Assembly (NCBI GenBank): GCA_963796055.1
Contig: CAWCKH010000004.1
Coordinates: 3,456,001-3,520,000 of the forward strand
Direction of reading: 5' to 3'
DNA length: 64,000 nucleotides
DNA from: an uncultured delta proteobacterium
GTDB lineage: Bacteria > Myxococcota > Myxococcia > Myxococcales > Myxococcaceae
This document shows, piece by piece, positions 1-9,977 of this stretch. Numbering within the stretch: position 1 is the first letter of the stretch; every line of letters begins with the position of its first letter. The notes under the pieces are model-generated. The model searched no databases. It was not told the origin of the DNA and saw nothing but the letters and a program-made list of their open reading frames with translations. A program made the position numbers and the translations under genes.

Positions 1-1
1 C

Positions 2-946
2 CGCCTCGACCCGGACTGGCGGCGGCTCTACCAGGAGCGGGAAGAGGCCCTCAAATCGGTGCGGCTCGGCGAGAGCTCGGTGCCGAGGACGAGCCTGGAC
101 CTGGAGCAGCAGGCGAGGGACGCGCTTGCCTCGGGGAGCTTCTCCGCCCTGCAGAAGATCGCCGAACGGATCGAGGCCACCGGAGCCAGCCCGACGGCAG
201 CGAGCTCCGACCAGACGGTCCCCGAGCTCGACCCCACGCCGCTCACCGGCACCTTCGATTCGGAGACGCTGCGGAAGGCGCGCGCCCTCGGGCTCGAGGC
301 CGAGCATCTGGACAACGTTCGCGAGCGATTCCGGTTCCTCCTTCCCTACCTCTGGCGGCCGGTGTTCTTCGAGAGCAACTCGGGCCCGGAGGCCCGCGTG
401 AGGGCGATGCTCCCCGGGGATACGCCGGATGCGCTGCGCGACCGGATCGTGATGCTCGTCACGCGCCCGATCCTGACCTCCGGGGGCGCGCGCTTCGTCC
501 CTCCGCTGGTGGAGGAGGACCTGCTGGTCGAGACCTTCGAGGAGGGGCCGGCAGGTGCGCCGGTGGGGAAGAACGGCCTCGCCGAGGCGCTCGGTCTAGA
601 GTCCCGCTGGGGTCTCGCCCGCCGCGCGATCGAGCGCCTCCTCCAGACCCGGGGCCCAAGCATCGTGAAGTCGCTGGGACTCGATCCCTGGAAGTTCCGG
701 CTGGTCTCCGTCCCGCCGGACCTCTTCGGCGTTCTCGGCGAGCGCCGCGGCTGGGGAAGGAATGAGATCTGGACGCACCTGGACGGTTACCTGGCCACAC
801 GCGAGCGGAAGCTGCTCGCGCTCGCCGGTGGCGACGTCCGGTACGGGGGCGTGCAGGACCTGGTTGGCGTCGGCGTGGGCTACGACAGCGACAGGCTCCT
901 CGCCAGGTTCGCCATCGTCGATCGGCGACGGCTGCGGGCCTGGTGA
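2..946 (+). CDS. hypothetical protein, 5'-truncated by window edge
   Basis: Frame is open from base 2 to TGA at 946 with GC-rich third positions; family not recognised. Confidence 0.6.
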   Translation, partial: RLDPDWRRLYQEREEALKSVRLGESSVPRTSLDLEQQARDALASGSFSALQKIAERIEATGASPTAASSDQTVPELDPTPLTGTFDSETLRKARALGLEAEHLDNVRERFRFLLPYLWRPVFFESNSGPEARVRAMLPGDTPDALRDRIVMLVTRPILTSGGARFVPPLVEEDLLVETFEEGPAGAPVGKNGLAEALGLESRWGLARRAIERLLQTRGPSIVKSLGLDPWKFRLVSVPPDLFGVLGERRGWGRNEIWTHLDGYLATRERKLLALAGGDVRYGGVQDLVGVGVGYDSDRLLARFAIVDRRRLRAW

Positions 947-998
947 GCGGCGACCCGCGCCGAGCCGGAGCGTTTCTTCGAGTGGAGGAAGCAGCACC

Positions 999-1940
999 AT
1001 GGAGACGCAGCACCAGAAGTACCTTGAGCTGATCAACCGGGCGAAGGCGGTCCGGCCCACCGTGACCGCCGTCGCTCATCCCTGCGACGAGTCCTCGCTG
1101 CAGGCCGCGGTCGAGGCCGCACGCCTGGGCCTCATCGAGCCGATCCTCATCGGCCCCGCATCCCGGCTCCGGGAGGTCGCCGGGCGGGCCAACCTCGACC
1201 TGTCGCCCTTCCGGCAAGTCGACTCGGCGTTCAGCCACGACTCCGCGGCCAGGGCGGTCGGGCTGGTGCGGAGCGGGCAGGCGGAGGTTCTGATGAAGGG
1301 GAGCCTCCACACCGACGAGTTGATGGCGGAGGTCGTCAAGCGCGACACCGGACTTCGGACGGCGCGCCGGACCAGCCATTGCTTCATCATGGACGTCCCC
1401 GGTCACGCCGAGCCGCTCATCATCACCGACGCCGCGGTGAACATCGCGCCCACGCTCAAGGAGAAGGTGGACATCGTCCAGAACGCGATCGACCTTGTGC
1501 GGGACCTCGGTGTACCGGAGGTGCGGGTGGCGATCCTCTCCGCCATGGAGACCGTCAATCCGGACGTGCCGTCGACGCTGGAGGCCGCGGCGCTGTGCAA
1601 GATGGCGGACCGCGGGCAGATCACCGGAGCGTTGGTGGACGGCCCACTGGCGCTGGACAACGCCATCGATCTGGAGGCGGCGAGGATCAAGCACATCAGC
1701 TCGCCGGTGGCGGGACGCGCGAACGTGCTCGTCGTTCCCGACCTCGAGGCGGGCAACATGCTCGCCAAGAGCCTGACCTTTCTCGCCGGGGCGGACGCGG
1801 CGGGCATCGTCGTCGGGGCCAAGGCGCCAATCATCCTGACCAGCCGGGCCGACTCGCGCGTCGCGCGGCTCGCCTCCTGCGCCGTGGCGAGCCTGCTGGC
1901 CGAGGCAAGGCGGACCAGTACGCGGCGGGCGGTGGGCTGA
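999..1940 (+). CDS. phosphate acetyl/butyryl-transferase
   Basis: Motifs LMKGSLHT, DAAVNIAP, DGPLALDNA, LEAGNMLAK, PIILTSRAD; GGAGG upstream of ATG 999; followed by acetate kinase. Confidence 0.92.
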   Translation: METQHQKYLELINRAKAVRPTVTAVAHPCDESSLQAAVEAARLGLIEPILIGPASRLREVAGRANLDLSPFRQVDSAFSHDSAARAVGLVRSGQAEVLMKGSLHTDELMAEVVKRDTGLRTARRTSHCFIMDVPGHAEPLIITDAAVNIAPTLKEKVDIVQNAIDLVRDLGVPEVRVAILSAMETVNPDVPSTLEAAALCKMADRGQITGALVDGPLALDNAIDLEAARIKHISSPVAGRANVLVVPDLEAGNMLAKSLTFLAGADAAGIVVGAKAPIILTSRADSRVARLASCAVASLLAEARRTSTRRAVG

Positions 1941-1943
1941 GCC

Positions 1944-3125
1944 ATGTCGGATGCCATCCTGGTCCTCAACGCCGGCTCGTCGAGCGTGAAGTTTTCCCTG
2001 TTCCTCCTGCGTGGGAAGGAGCTGGACCTCTGGCTCCATGGCCAGACGGAGCGCCTGTCCACGACGCCTGTCTTCACCGCCAAGGACGCGGAGGGGAAGA
2101 TCGTCTCCGAGCGGCGGTGGGACAATGCAGAGTCCCTCGGGCACGAGGGCGCGATCGCCCATCTGGTGGATTTCCTGCGCAGGAGCATGGGCTCGCACCG
2201 GCTCGTCGGCATTGGCCACCGGGTGGTGCACGGCGGGCCTGACTTCTCCGAGCCGGTTCGGATCACCCCCGAGGTGCTGGGGAGGCTAGAGGCATTCGTT
2301 CCCCTCGCACCTCTGCATCAGCCACACAACCTCGCCCCGGCGCGACGCGCCCTGGAGGAGATGCCCACCCTTCCGCAGGTGGCCTGCTTCGACACGGCGT
2401 TCCACCGCGCTCAGCCCGAGCTGGCCCAGGCCTATGCGCTGCCCGAGCAGGTGACCGCCCGCGGCGTGCGCCGTTACGGATTTCACGGTCTCTCCCTGGA
2501 ATTCGTGGCCGGGGTTTTGCCCACCGTCGATCGGAAGGCTGCGGCGGGACGGGTGGTGGTCGCGCATCTCGGGAACGGCGCCAGCATGTGCGCGCTCAGC
2601 GGGGGTCGGAGCGTCGCGAGCACCATGGGTTTCAGCGCACTGGATGGGCTTCCCATGGGGACGCGATCCGGGTCCATCGACCCTGGAGTGGTGCTCTACC
2701 TCCTCAACGAGCTGCGGATGGACCCCCGGTCCATCGAGAAGCTGCTCTATGAGCAGTCGGGGCTGCTCGGCGTCTCGGGGACCTCCAGCGACATGCGCTC
2801 GCTGCTCGCCAGTGATGCGCCTCGCGCTCGGTTCGCGGTGGAGCTGTTCGCGTACCGCGTCGGTCGGGAGCTCGGCTCCCTCGCGGCGGCTCTCGGAGGC
2901 CTGGACGCGCTGGTCTTCACCGGTGGCATCGGCGAGCATGCGAGCCCCGTCCGCGAGCGGGTGATCCAGGCCGCGGCTTGGCTCGGCCTCGAGCTCGACC
3001 CCGCCGCCAACGCCCGGGGCGGTCAGAGGATCACCGGCGCGACCAGCCGGATTCCGGCCTATGTGATCCCCACGAACGAGGAGCTCATGATCGCCAGGCA
3101 CACGAGGAAGCTGATCGCCGGCTGA
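1944..3125 (+). CDS. ackA: acetate/propionate kinase
   Basis: LNAGSSSVK, GHRVVHGG, RYGFHG, HLGNGAS, FTGGIGE, PTNEE motifs. Confidence 0.95.
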   Translation: MSDAILVLNAGSSSVKFSLFLLRGKELDLWLHGQTERLSTTPVFTAKDAEGKIVSERRWDNAESLGHEGAIAHLVDFLRRSMGSHRLVGIGHRVVHGGPDFSEPVRITPEVLGRLEAFVPLAPLHQPHNLAPARRALEEMPTLPQVACFDTAFHRAQPELAQAYALPEQVTARGVRRYGFHGLSLEFVAGVLPTVDRKAAAGRVVVAHLGNGASMCALSGGRSVASTMGFSALDGLPMGTRSGSIDPGVVLYLLNELRMDPRSIEKLLYEQSGLLGVSGTSSDMRSLLASDAPRARFAVELFAYRVGRELGSLAAALGGLDALVFTGGIGEHASPVRERVIQAAAWLGLELDPAANARGGQRITGATSRIPAYVIPTNEELMIARHTRKLIAG

Positions 3126-3428
3126 GATCCAGGCCTGCGGCCCGGGTCGGGACCGTAGGGCGAGCCCGGAGCTGAGGCCGCGCCTTTCAGAAGCGTCCGG
3201 CGACCATCAGTCCGACCGATGTTCCGGAGACGTTCGGGCTCAGTGCCGGGTCCTGGGATCCGCGTGAGCCGAGCAAGGTGGAGCGCGGGAACCGCGTAGC
3301 CCACCAGCCCTCCGATGGCCGCGCCCGCCAGGACGTCGGTGGCTCAGTGGCGGTCCGCGGCGATGCGCAGCGCTCCGGTGATGGTCGCCGCGACGACCGT
3401 GACCGGACAGGCCGCGGCGCTCCACCCA

Positions 3429-3932
3429 CTAGGCAGCCAGCTCGCTTGGGCCTGCGAGCACGAAACAGGCCCGGTCGTAGAGAGCACGAGCCACGGAAAG
3501 CGTCTCTGGCCTCGCGCCGTCCCCGGAGATGGCGCGCACGCAGCCGTCCACGTCACCGTCATCGCTGAAGCGGTGGAGGTGGTGAGCGTTCCAGAACCAG
3601 GCCGTGACCTCGGTGTTGTGGGGCAGCACCAGATCAGGATTGCGGACCAGGTCCAGGTCGAGCGCCTCGCCCGCCTTCCGGTACGCCCGCCTTCCGGTGA
3701 GCTGGATCCAGCCCCGGCCGAAGTAGGGCGCGCTGGGGCTGAGCCGGCCGTCCTTCTCCTCCAGGAGACGGAAACCGCGGGAGGAGGTCGCGAGCTGGGA
3801 CACCAGCATTGCGGCGCGGAGATGGGTCACGGTGCCGGTCCGGGCGAGGATCGAGTTCAGGGTGAGGACTGCGCTGGCGGGCGCTTCCGGGGCGATGGTC
3901 TTCAGCTGGCCTGGCGTGAGCGAAATGGGCAT
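3429..3932 (-). CDS. glycoside hydrolase family 19-like protein, copy 1 (catalytic Glu apparently absent)
   Basis: YFGRGWIQLTG and AWFW signature; QLATSS where QxxHES is expected; start set at ATG 3932 by comparison with copy 2. Confidence 0.8.
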   Translation of the reverse strand: MPISLTPGQLKTIAPEAPASAVLTLNSILARTGTVTHLRAAMLVSQLATSSRGFRLLEEKDGRLSPSAPYFGRGWIQLTGRRAYRKAGEALDLDLVRNPDLVLPHNTEVTAWFWNAHHLHRFSDDGDVDGCVRAISGDGARPETLSVARALYDRACFVLAGPSELAA

Positions 3933-3963
3933 GACGGCGACATCCTTCTCTCTGTTCCTTGAG

Positions 3964-3990
3964 GTGTCCCGACCGGGGCAAGGCGTTTCC
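3964..3990 (-). promoter_or_regulatory. ECF-type promoter candidate GGAAAC-N16-GACAC
   Basis: Exact motif also at 4380-4406 and 15564-15590, each upstream of a gene. Confidence 0.55.
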
Positions 3991-4122
3991 TTCGGCGTGG
4001 GGGCTGCTGGGGTGGAGTGGGGTGCTCCGGTCCGACCGCTCCCGCCATGACCAGGCTTGGCTCGGGCCTGGGAGATTGGCGGGCTCGAGCGACTCCGGCC
4101 CTTTCGGCGGCTCCGCGCACGG

Positions 4123-4359
4123 TCAGCGACTCGTGGAGAGCGCTGACCTCGGAACCTCGCCGGGTCGAGCCGCCCGGTCCCCGGTCGCCGTCCGGCTCTG
4201 CACGACGTAGTCACGGACGAGGAGCGCTCCCGCAGCCAGGTACCCGAGGGTGAGGAGCAGGACCCAGCGCCCCCAGCGGCGGTGGGGGACGGGGCGGAGA
4301 ACGGCGACGGGGCAAAGCATTCGGTGGGACCTCCAGGACGAGAGGCCCGCACCCAGCAC
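4123..4359 (-). CDS. small single-TM hypothetical protein
   Basis: Hydrophobic WVLLLTLGYLAAGALLV; AAGGAGAGG and a GGAAAC-N16-GACAC motif upstream. Confidence 0.45.
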   Translation of the reverse strand: MLGAGLSSWRSHRMLCPVAVLRPVPHRRWGRWVLLLTLGYLAAGALLVRDYVVQSRTATGDRAARPGEVPRSALSTSR

Positions 4360-4379
4360 ATCCGCGGGCCCTCTCCTTC

Positions 4380-4406
4380 GTGTCAGCCGGGTGTGCGACC
4401 GTTTCC
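4380..4406 (-). promoter_or_regulatory. ECF-type promoter candidate GGAAAC-N16-GACAC
   Basis: Exact repeat of the motif, directly followed by a purine-rich RBS. Confidence 0.55.
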
Positions 4407-4554
4407 ACCGCTATCCGGAGTGGTAGCCCGGGCTGAAGTTGGTCGAGGATCCGACCGCGGCGACTCGGACGTGCTTGCCTCCCGGGCCCCGACGTAGCGC
4501 TGGAGCATGGTGATCGATGGGTATCTGCGGCGCGCCCGTTGTTTCGGGCGTAGG

Positions 4555-4969
4555 TCAGTGGGCGACCGGCTGCCGGAGGTAAGTCAGCGTGAACTCGACC
4601 GGCCTGGGCAGTCTCGGGCTCCTGCTCACCCGGGTGACCCGCAGCGTGTTCCCGTCCGCCAGCAGCCTGAACTCCGTCGAACCGCTCCCGTCGGCGGTTC
4701 GACCGCGCTGGAGGAGCGCACCGGCCACGAACTGCTGTGGCCCGGTCCACCGCGAGCTTGACCGCAGCGCGTTCCGTCTTGCTCCCGGCATAGACGTAAG
4801 TCCCGGCGTACTCCGGCTCCACGAGACTGGCGGACGGGGGCGAGGCCGGCCTCACGGCCACGGCGGCCAGCTGCGTCCGCTCCCGTTCGCTCTCCGCGCG
4901 GCTCGGAGCTTCGTTTCCGAGGGCCCGCGTGCCGAGAGAAACCATCACCCACAGCACTGCCTTGCGCAT
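4555..4969 (-). pseudogene. secreted protein broken by frameshift or internal deletion near 4735
   Basis: Signal-like start MRKAVLW..GTYVYAG..DRAT in one frame; protein-like end QQFVAG..RPVEFTLTYLR in another. Confidence 0.55.
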
Positions 4970-5059
4970 CTCCAGAATCTCCGTCGGACCAGGGCCCTCG
5001 TTCACCCGGGCCCCGCCCTTGTTTCGGACTCGCGGGACGTCCCCGCGTTCGGAGTGTTG

Positions 5060-5076
5060 AGCATCGGGTGTGCCAG
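5060..5076 (-). promoter_or_regulatory. sigma54 -24/-12 promoter candidate CTGGCACACCCGATGCT
   Basis: TGGCAC..TGCT with exact GG-N10-GC spacing, upstream of the 4969 start. Confidence 0.6.
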
Positions 5077-5328
5077 GCTCCGGGCGTCCCCCCTCTCCGG
5101 AGCGACCTGGCGAGGCGACGTGTCGTCACCTCGTGACGGTGTCAATGGACGGGTGTCACCAGCCCCGAGCTCGCGGCGGGCTGAGGTTCCGCTGTACGGA
5201 CAACACGGTGTCGACACAGAGGGGCTGTGTCTGGAGCGTGGTGACGAGCCTGGGAGTGGGGGAGCGGAGTGCAAGTCACGGAGACGGCCCACCCCAACCC
5301 GGGAGGGCTCGACAGCCACTTTCGGGGG

Positions 5329-5475
5329 TCAGTGCTGGCTGATCACTTCCAGGAACGTCGTCCGCTTACCGATCGCCAGCACCCAGAGGCACCGCACGAG
5401 ACAGCGGGCGCCGAACTCCCGGTAGATGATTCCGAGGTTCTGCACCACGTCACGTCCGGTGATGATTCCGCGCAT
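5329..5475 (-). CDS. 48-aa small protein MRGIITGRDVV..FLEVISQH, copy 1
   Basis: Same peptide as 13520-13666; the three DNA differences I found are synonymous; absent from the ORF track here. Confidence 0.8.
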   Translation of the reverse strand: MRGIITGRDVVQNLGIIYREFGARCLVRCLWVLAIGKRTTFLEVISQH

Positions 5476-5491
5476 CGCGAGGATCCCACCT

Positions 5492-5508
5492 AGCAATGCG
5501 GAGGCCAA
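5492..5508 (-). promoter_or_regulatory. sigma54 promoter candidate TTGGCCTCCGCATTGCT
   Basis: GG-N10-GC with TTGC, kept in both repeat copies. Confidence 0.65.
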
Positions 5509-5510
5509 GG

Positions 5511-6629
5511 TCAGGGCGCGGCGCGGGCAGTCGCTTCGGGAGCGGGCCTCGGAGACGGTTCGGGCTCGAAGAGCGGTGGCAAGACCGAGGCGTTGGCCGA
5601 GAGGCGGTTGCGTCGCGCGGCCAGGAGCTCTCGGACGAAGATCTGCGCCACCGCGACCGCCGGCACCGCCACGACTGCGCCGGCCACGCCCAGCAGCTCG
5701 GCGAGGAAGAGAACCGCGAGCAGCGTCACCAGTGGATTGAGGTGCACCGTGCGGCGAACGACGAAGGGGCCGAGCACGTTCCCTTCCAGCTGGCCGTAGA
5801 GGAGGAAGTAGCCCAGGGCGATCAGCGCCTTGACTGCTCCGCCGGTGGCCAGCGTGACAAGGGTGATGAATGCTCCGGTGAAGATGGGCCCGGCGTAGGG
5901 CACGAGGCTGGAGAAGCCGCTCAGCAGCCCGAGCGGCAGGAAGTACGGGGCGCCGATCAGCCCCAGCAGCGCCGTGGTGACAGTCGCGTTGATCGAGCAG
6001 ATGAAGAGGATCCCGCCGAAATAGCCACTGACGGCGGTGTACGACTTCGCCAGCACGTCCTCCCAGCGCGGCCGGTCCACTGCCGGTACCACCTCCAGCA
6101 GCCGCCGCACCAGTCCACCGCCGAAGACCAGCATGAAGACGGTCAGGGCGAGCACGGTGACGAACCCGGCGACGGCGCCCAGTGCCGAAGTGACCGCGCC
6201 CAGAATGGGATTCCCCGCGCTCTGGGCGCGCCCGAAGGCGCCGGAGAACCCGTCCTTGAGGCGCTCCTCCACCCCGAAGCGCTCGTTCCAGGATGCGAAC
6301 CAGGGCGAATGGCGCAGGGAGTCGAGGGTGCGAGGGGTGGCAACGATGAGCTCTTGGAGCTGACGGACGGCCGCAGGCACGACGACCAGCATCAGCCCGA
6401 TGGTCAACAGGGCCACCGCCAGAATGGTGAGGGCGATGGCCGAGCCGCGTCTGAACCCGCGCATCTCCATGCGCCGCACCACGTGGTCCAGCGCGATGGC
6501 TCCCATCATCGCCGCCACGGTCAAGGCGAGGGCCACCCGGGTCTCGAGGACGAACCGCACCGCCCCCGCGGTGGCCACCACCGCGAAGCAGGCGGTGAAC
6601 GCCGTCCTGAGTGTCACTTGCGAGCGCAC
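5511..6629 (-). CDS. AI-2E family (PerM-like) transporter
   Basis: Multi-TM; VPYAGP, QLEGNVLGP, LNPL, GAVVAVP motifs. Confidence 0.9.
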   Translation of the reverse strand: MRSQVTLRTAFTACFAVVATAGAVRFVLETRVALALTVAAMMGAIALDHVVRRMEMRGFRRGSAIALTILAVALLTIGLMLVVVPAAVRQLQELIVATPRTLDSLRHSPWFASWNERFGVEERLKDGFSGAFGRAQSAGNPILGAVTSALGAVAGFVTVLALTVFMLVFGGGLVRRLLEVVPAVDRPRWEDVLAKSYTAVSGYFGGILFICSINATVTTALLGLIGAPYFLPLGLLSGFSSLVPYAGPIFTGAFITLVTLATGGAVKALIALGYFLLYGQLEGNVLGPFVVRRTVHLNPLVTLLAVLFLAELLGVAGAVVAVPAVAVAQIFVRELLAARRNRLSANASVLPPLFEPEPSPRPAPEATARAAP

Positions 6630-6718
6630 GGCGTCAACCTTGCTCCGCCCAGGTGTCGGCGTGGAGCGAGAAGCCCTCGATGAGGGCAGTCCGGCGGCCC
6701 GGCCGGCGAGCGTAGGCC

Positions 6719-7750
6719 TCAGGCCGCGATGTCGAGCACGATCCTTCCATCGACCTGCCCGGTCCTCAGATCGGCAAAGACCCGGTTGATGTCCTCCAAC
6801 CTGGCGCGGTGGATGTGCGCCCGCACCTTCCCGTCCGCAACGAAGGCCAGGGCCTCCGCAAGGTCCTCGCGGGTGCCGACAATCGAGCCCCGGACGGTGA
6901 TTCGCTTCAGGACCACGTCGAAGATCGACATGGGGAAATCACCGGGGGGCAGGCCAACGAGGCTCACCGTTCCCTTGCGCCGCGGCAGCTGGAGCGCCTG
7001 CGCGAACGCCCCCCGCGAGACGGCGGTGACCAGGACACCGTGGGCTCCGCCGCCGGTGGCCTTCATCACCTGCTCCACCGCGTCTGGCCGCCGCGCGTCC
7101 ACCGCCAGCTGCGCGCCCAGGGTCCGCGCCAGGCCGAGCTTCTCCTCGGACACGTCGAGCGCCGCCACGTGCAGCCCCATGGCCCGGGCATACTGGATGG
7201 CGATGTGGCCCAACCCGCCAACTCCGGAAATCGCGATCCACTCGCCGGGCCGTGCCTCGGTCTCCTTGATGCCCTTGTAGGTGGTGACCCCCGCGCAGAG
7301 GATGGGCGCGATGGCTCCGAAGTCGACGCGATCCGGGAGACGCGCCACATAGGCAGCCGATCCGAGGGCGTACTCGGCGAAGCTTCCGTTCACCGAGTAG
7401 CCGCTGTTGCGCTGGGCCGCGCAGAGAGTCTCCCAGCCCGTGATGCAGAACTCGCACTCGCCGCAGGCATCGTGGAGCCAGGCGATGCCGACCGGATCGC
7501 CTTCCTTCAGGTTCTTCACGCCCGGACCGACGGCGGCGACCACGCCTGCACCCTCGTGTCCGGGCACGAACGGCAAGCTCGGCTTGACCGGCCAGTCGCC
7601 GTCCCCGGCGTGGAGGTCCGTATGACAGACCCCTGTCGACCGGATCTTCACCAGGACCTCTCCTGGTCCGGGTGTGGGAATGGGAATCTCCTCGATCGCC
7701 AGCGGCTCCTGGAATTTCCGGACCACTGCTGCCTTCATCGTTCCGTGCAT
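6719..7750 (-). CDS. adhP: zinc-dependent alcohol dehydrogenase
   Basis: GVCHTD, GHEG, CGECEFC..C, GVGGLG, GSIVG motifs. Confidence 0.95.
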   Translation of the reverse strand: MHGTMKAAVVRKFQEPLAIEEIPIPTPGPGEVLVKIRSTGVCHTDLHAGDGDWPVKPSLPFVPGHEGAGVVAAVGPGVKNLKEGDPVGIAWLHDACGECEFCITGWETLCAAQRNSGYSVNGSFAEYALGSAAYVARLPDRVDFGAIAPILCAGVTTYKGIKETEARPGEWIAISGVGGLGHIAIQYARAMGLHVAALDVSEEKLGLARTLGAQLAVDARRPDAVEQVMKATGGGAHGVLVTAVSRGAFAQALQLPRRKGTVSLVGLPPGDFPMSIFDVVLKRITVRGSIVGTREDLAEALAFVADGKVRAHIHRARLEDINRVFADLRTGQVDGRIVLDIAA

Positions 7751-7770
7751 GGTTTCGGTCCCCTGCTGAG

Positions 7771-8022
7771 TCAGTGTTGCTGAGCGGGAGCCACCCGCTC
7801 GCCGCGACCCTGGTCTGGGCTGGCCACCCAGTTCCGGTCGGGCATCTCCTCGTACCGTCGCTTCACCGCACCCCACGCCATGCGGACGGCGTGCTCCTGG
7901 TCCCCGTGCTGGTCGAAGCAGTGGTTGAATGCTTCCCGGAAGATGTCCTGCGCCCGCTCGGGGAGCCGGCGCTGGATCGTCCCGGGCAGGTCCGCGTTGT
8001 TCGGAAATGGCCCGTGTTTCAT
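7771..8022 (-). CDS. chaB: ChaB family protein
   Basis: LP..AQDIFREAFN..A.RMAWGAVKRRY signature. Confidence 0.85.
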   Translation of the reverse strand: MKHGPFPNNADLPGTIQRRLPERAQDIFREAFNHCFDQHGDQEHAVRMAWGAVKRRYEEMPDRNWVASPDQGRGERVAPAQQH

Positions 8023-8492
8023 TCTGAAGAACTGACGCACCCGGCGAGAATTTTGTTTCTACCGGTGGCTGGCGGGGGCTATCAGCCGGGCTTCGATCGC
8101 ACGGGTACCCTCGACCTGAGCGACGACGTTCTCGGTCCCAGATTCACCCTCGTTGGCCTTAGCGCCGATCCTTGGCCGTTCAGCTCGCAGTAGCGGCGGG
8201 CCAGCGACGCCGCGGTCCCGTTGTGGTGCTCGGTCTGCCCGGCAAAGCGATCGAGGTAACCGGCCGCGGCGGCCCCGATCTCGTGCTGCGGAAGGGCTCC
8301 GACGTATTTCTGCAGCATCCCCATGAGGTTAGCGACGGCGGCGTGTGTTTCACGGCAGCGGCCCAGACCCGTGGAAAGAGCCGCTCGCGGCGGTGGTCTG
8401 GCGGTGCACCGGAAACACCGCGGCGCCCGGGCGCAACCGAACGAACAACCGTGAGCCCTCTGCAAACAACGAACGTCGCCAGAACCCGCCGC

Positions 8493-9977
8493 ATGGCCCC
8501 GGTGCCGCGGGCCGATGTGGTCAGGGCGAGGCTGGGGAGAGCTCTCCTTCTCCTCGTCTCGCTCGGATGGGCAGTGCCCGTTCTTGGTGCCGAGGAGAAG
8601 CCGGAGCCGACGCCTCCGTCCTCCGAGCCGATGTCCGCGCCCTCTCAGCCGGCACCGCCGCCCTCGGACGCGGCGGCCTCCGCATCCGGCTCGGCGACCC
8701 CGCCCGCGGAACTTCCGCCCCGCCGTGACGTCCCGGACTACCGTCAGCTCGACTCCGATCCGACCACGGCGGGAGACGCCCTCATCTGGGTGCCCCGGGT
8801 CGTCCTGCTTCCGGCATATCTGGTCACCGAGTACGCGCTGCGCGCCCCGGTGGGCGGGGTCAGCACCGTCGCGGAGAAGAACAACTGGGCCGGGTCCCTC
8901 TACGACTTCTTCGCCTTCGGCCCCAACCACCGCGGCGGGATCTTGCCGACGTTCTCCTTCAACACCGGGTTCCGGCCGACCATCGGGGCCCACTTCTTCT
9001 GGGACGACACGTTCGTCGCCAGGAACACCTTCACCTCGGACGTCGCGTGGGGCGGCTCGGACTGGATCCGGGTGGCGCTCGGGGATCGGTACACGTTCTC
9101 CGGGGGCGACTGGATCGCGCTCCAGGCTCAGTGGCAGCGCCGCCCGGACTATGTCTACTTCGGCATCGGGCCGGACACCTCAGACGATTTCCGCTCCCGC
9201 TACGGCACCGACGAGATCGAGGGGCGGCTGACCTACGTGCACCGGGTGGGCCCGCTTCGGCTGGAGAGCCACGGCCGCGTGTACCGCACCGTGTTCCGCG
9301 ACTACAACTGCTGCGGCGACCCCACCGTTGCCGAGCGGGTCGAGCGCGGCGAGCTGGCGCCTCCCCCCGGCTACGGTCAGAACACCACTGCGGCGGAGAT
9401 TGGACTGCGGGCGGTGCTCGACACCCGACCGACCGGGTACACCAACCGCAGCGGGGTTCGGATCGGAGTCGCGGTCGCGCCCGCCGTGGACACCACCCAG
9501 GGTTTCGATCGCTCCTGGATCCACTACGGCGCGCACGTCGAGGGTTCCTGGGACGTGACCGGCAAGGGCCGGGTGCTCAGCCTCGGCGTGTTCACCGCCT
9601 TCTCCGACCCGATGGGCGACCAGCCGGTCCCGTTCAACGAGCTCGTCGTGGTGGGGGGGACCGAGCCCTTTGCCGGGTTCATGGCCGGTCGGCTTCGGGA
9701 CCGGAGCGCCGCCGCGGCGCAGCTCTCCTGGCGATGGCCGGTGTTCGATTACCTGGACGGAGTCGTGGCGGTCAGCTTCGGGAACGTCTTCGACAAGCAC
9801 CTGAGGAACTTCCGCTGGGACGCGCTCCGGGGATTGTTCGAGGTCGGCCTCCGGACCCAGCCCTCCTTCGGACGGAGCAGCTTCCAGATGGTCTTCGGAA
9901 TGGGGAGCGAGCCGTTCTCCAGGGGCTTCAGCATCAACTCCTTCCGCTTCGCTCTCGGGGTCACCTATGGAATCTAA
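8493..9977 (+). CDS. BamA/TamA-like outer-membrane beta-barrel protein
   Basis: Signal peptide, Pro-rich linker, amphipathic beta strands, GG..FAGF..GRLRD loop, terminal FRFALGVTYGI; start approximate. Confidence 0.75.
   Translation: MAPVPRADVVRARLGRALLLLVSLGWAVPVLGAEEKPEPTPPSSEPMSAPSQPAPPPSDAAASASGSATPPAELPPRRDVPDYRQLDSDPTTAGDALIWVPRVVLLPAYLVTEYALRAPVGGVSTVAEKNNWAGSLYDFFAFGPNHRGGILPTFSFNTGFRPTIGAHFFWDDTFVARNTFTSDVAWGGSDWIRVALGDRYTFSGGDWIALQAQWQRRPDYVYFGIGPDTSDDFRSRYGTDEIEGRLTYVHRVGPLRLESHGRVYRTVFRDYNCCGDPTVAERVERGELAPPPGYGQNTTAAEIGLRAVLDTRPTGYTNRSGVRIGVAVAPAVDTTQGFDRSWIHYGAHVEGSWDVTGKGRVLSLGVFTAFSDPMGDQPVPFNELVVVGGTEPFAGFMAGRLRDRSAAAAQLSWRWPVFDYLDGVVAVSFGNVFDKHLRNFRWDALRGLFEVGLRTQPSFGRSSFQMVFGMGSEPFSRGFSINSFRFALGVTYGI

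Larger units (their letters stand above)
5206..5545. repeat. dispersed direct repeat, copy 1 (copy 2 at 13447-13736)
   Basis: Near-identical sequence; this copy has an extra ~50 bp at about 5274-5323. Confidence 0.92.

Noticed and set aside
3933..4361. N-terminal extension of the 310-aa ORF 3429-4361
   Set aside because: Similarity to the paralog starts at 3932, and the extension spans a promoter motif
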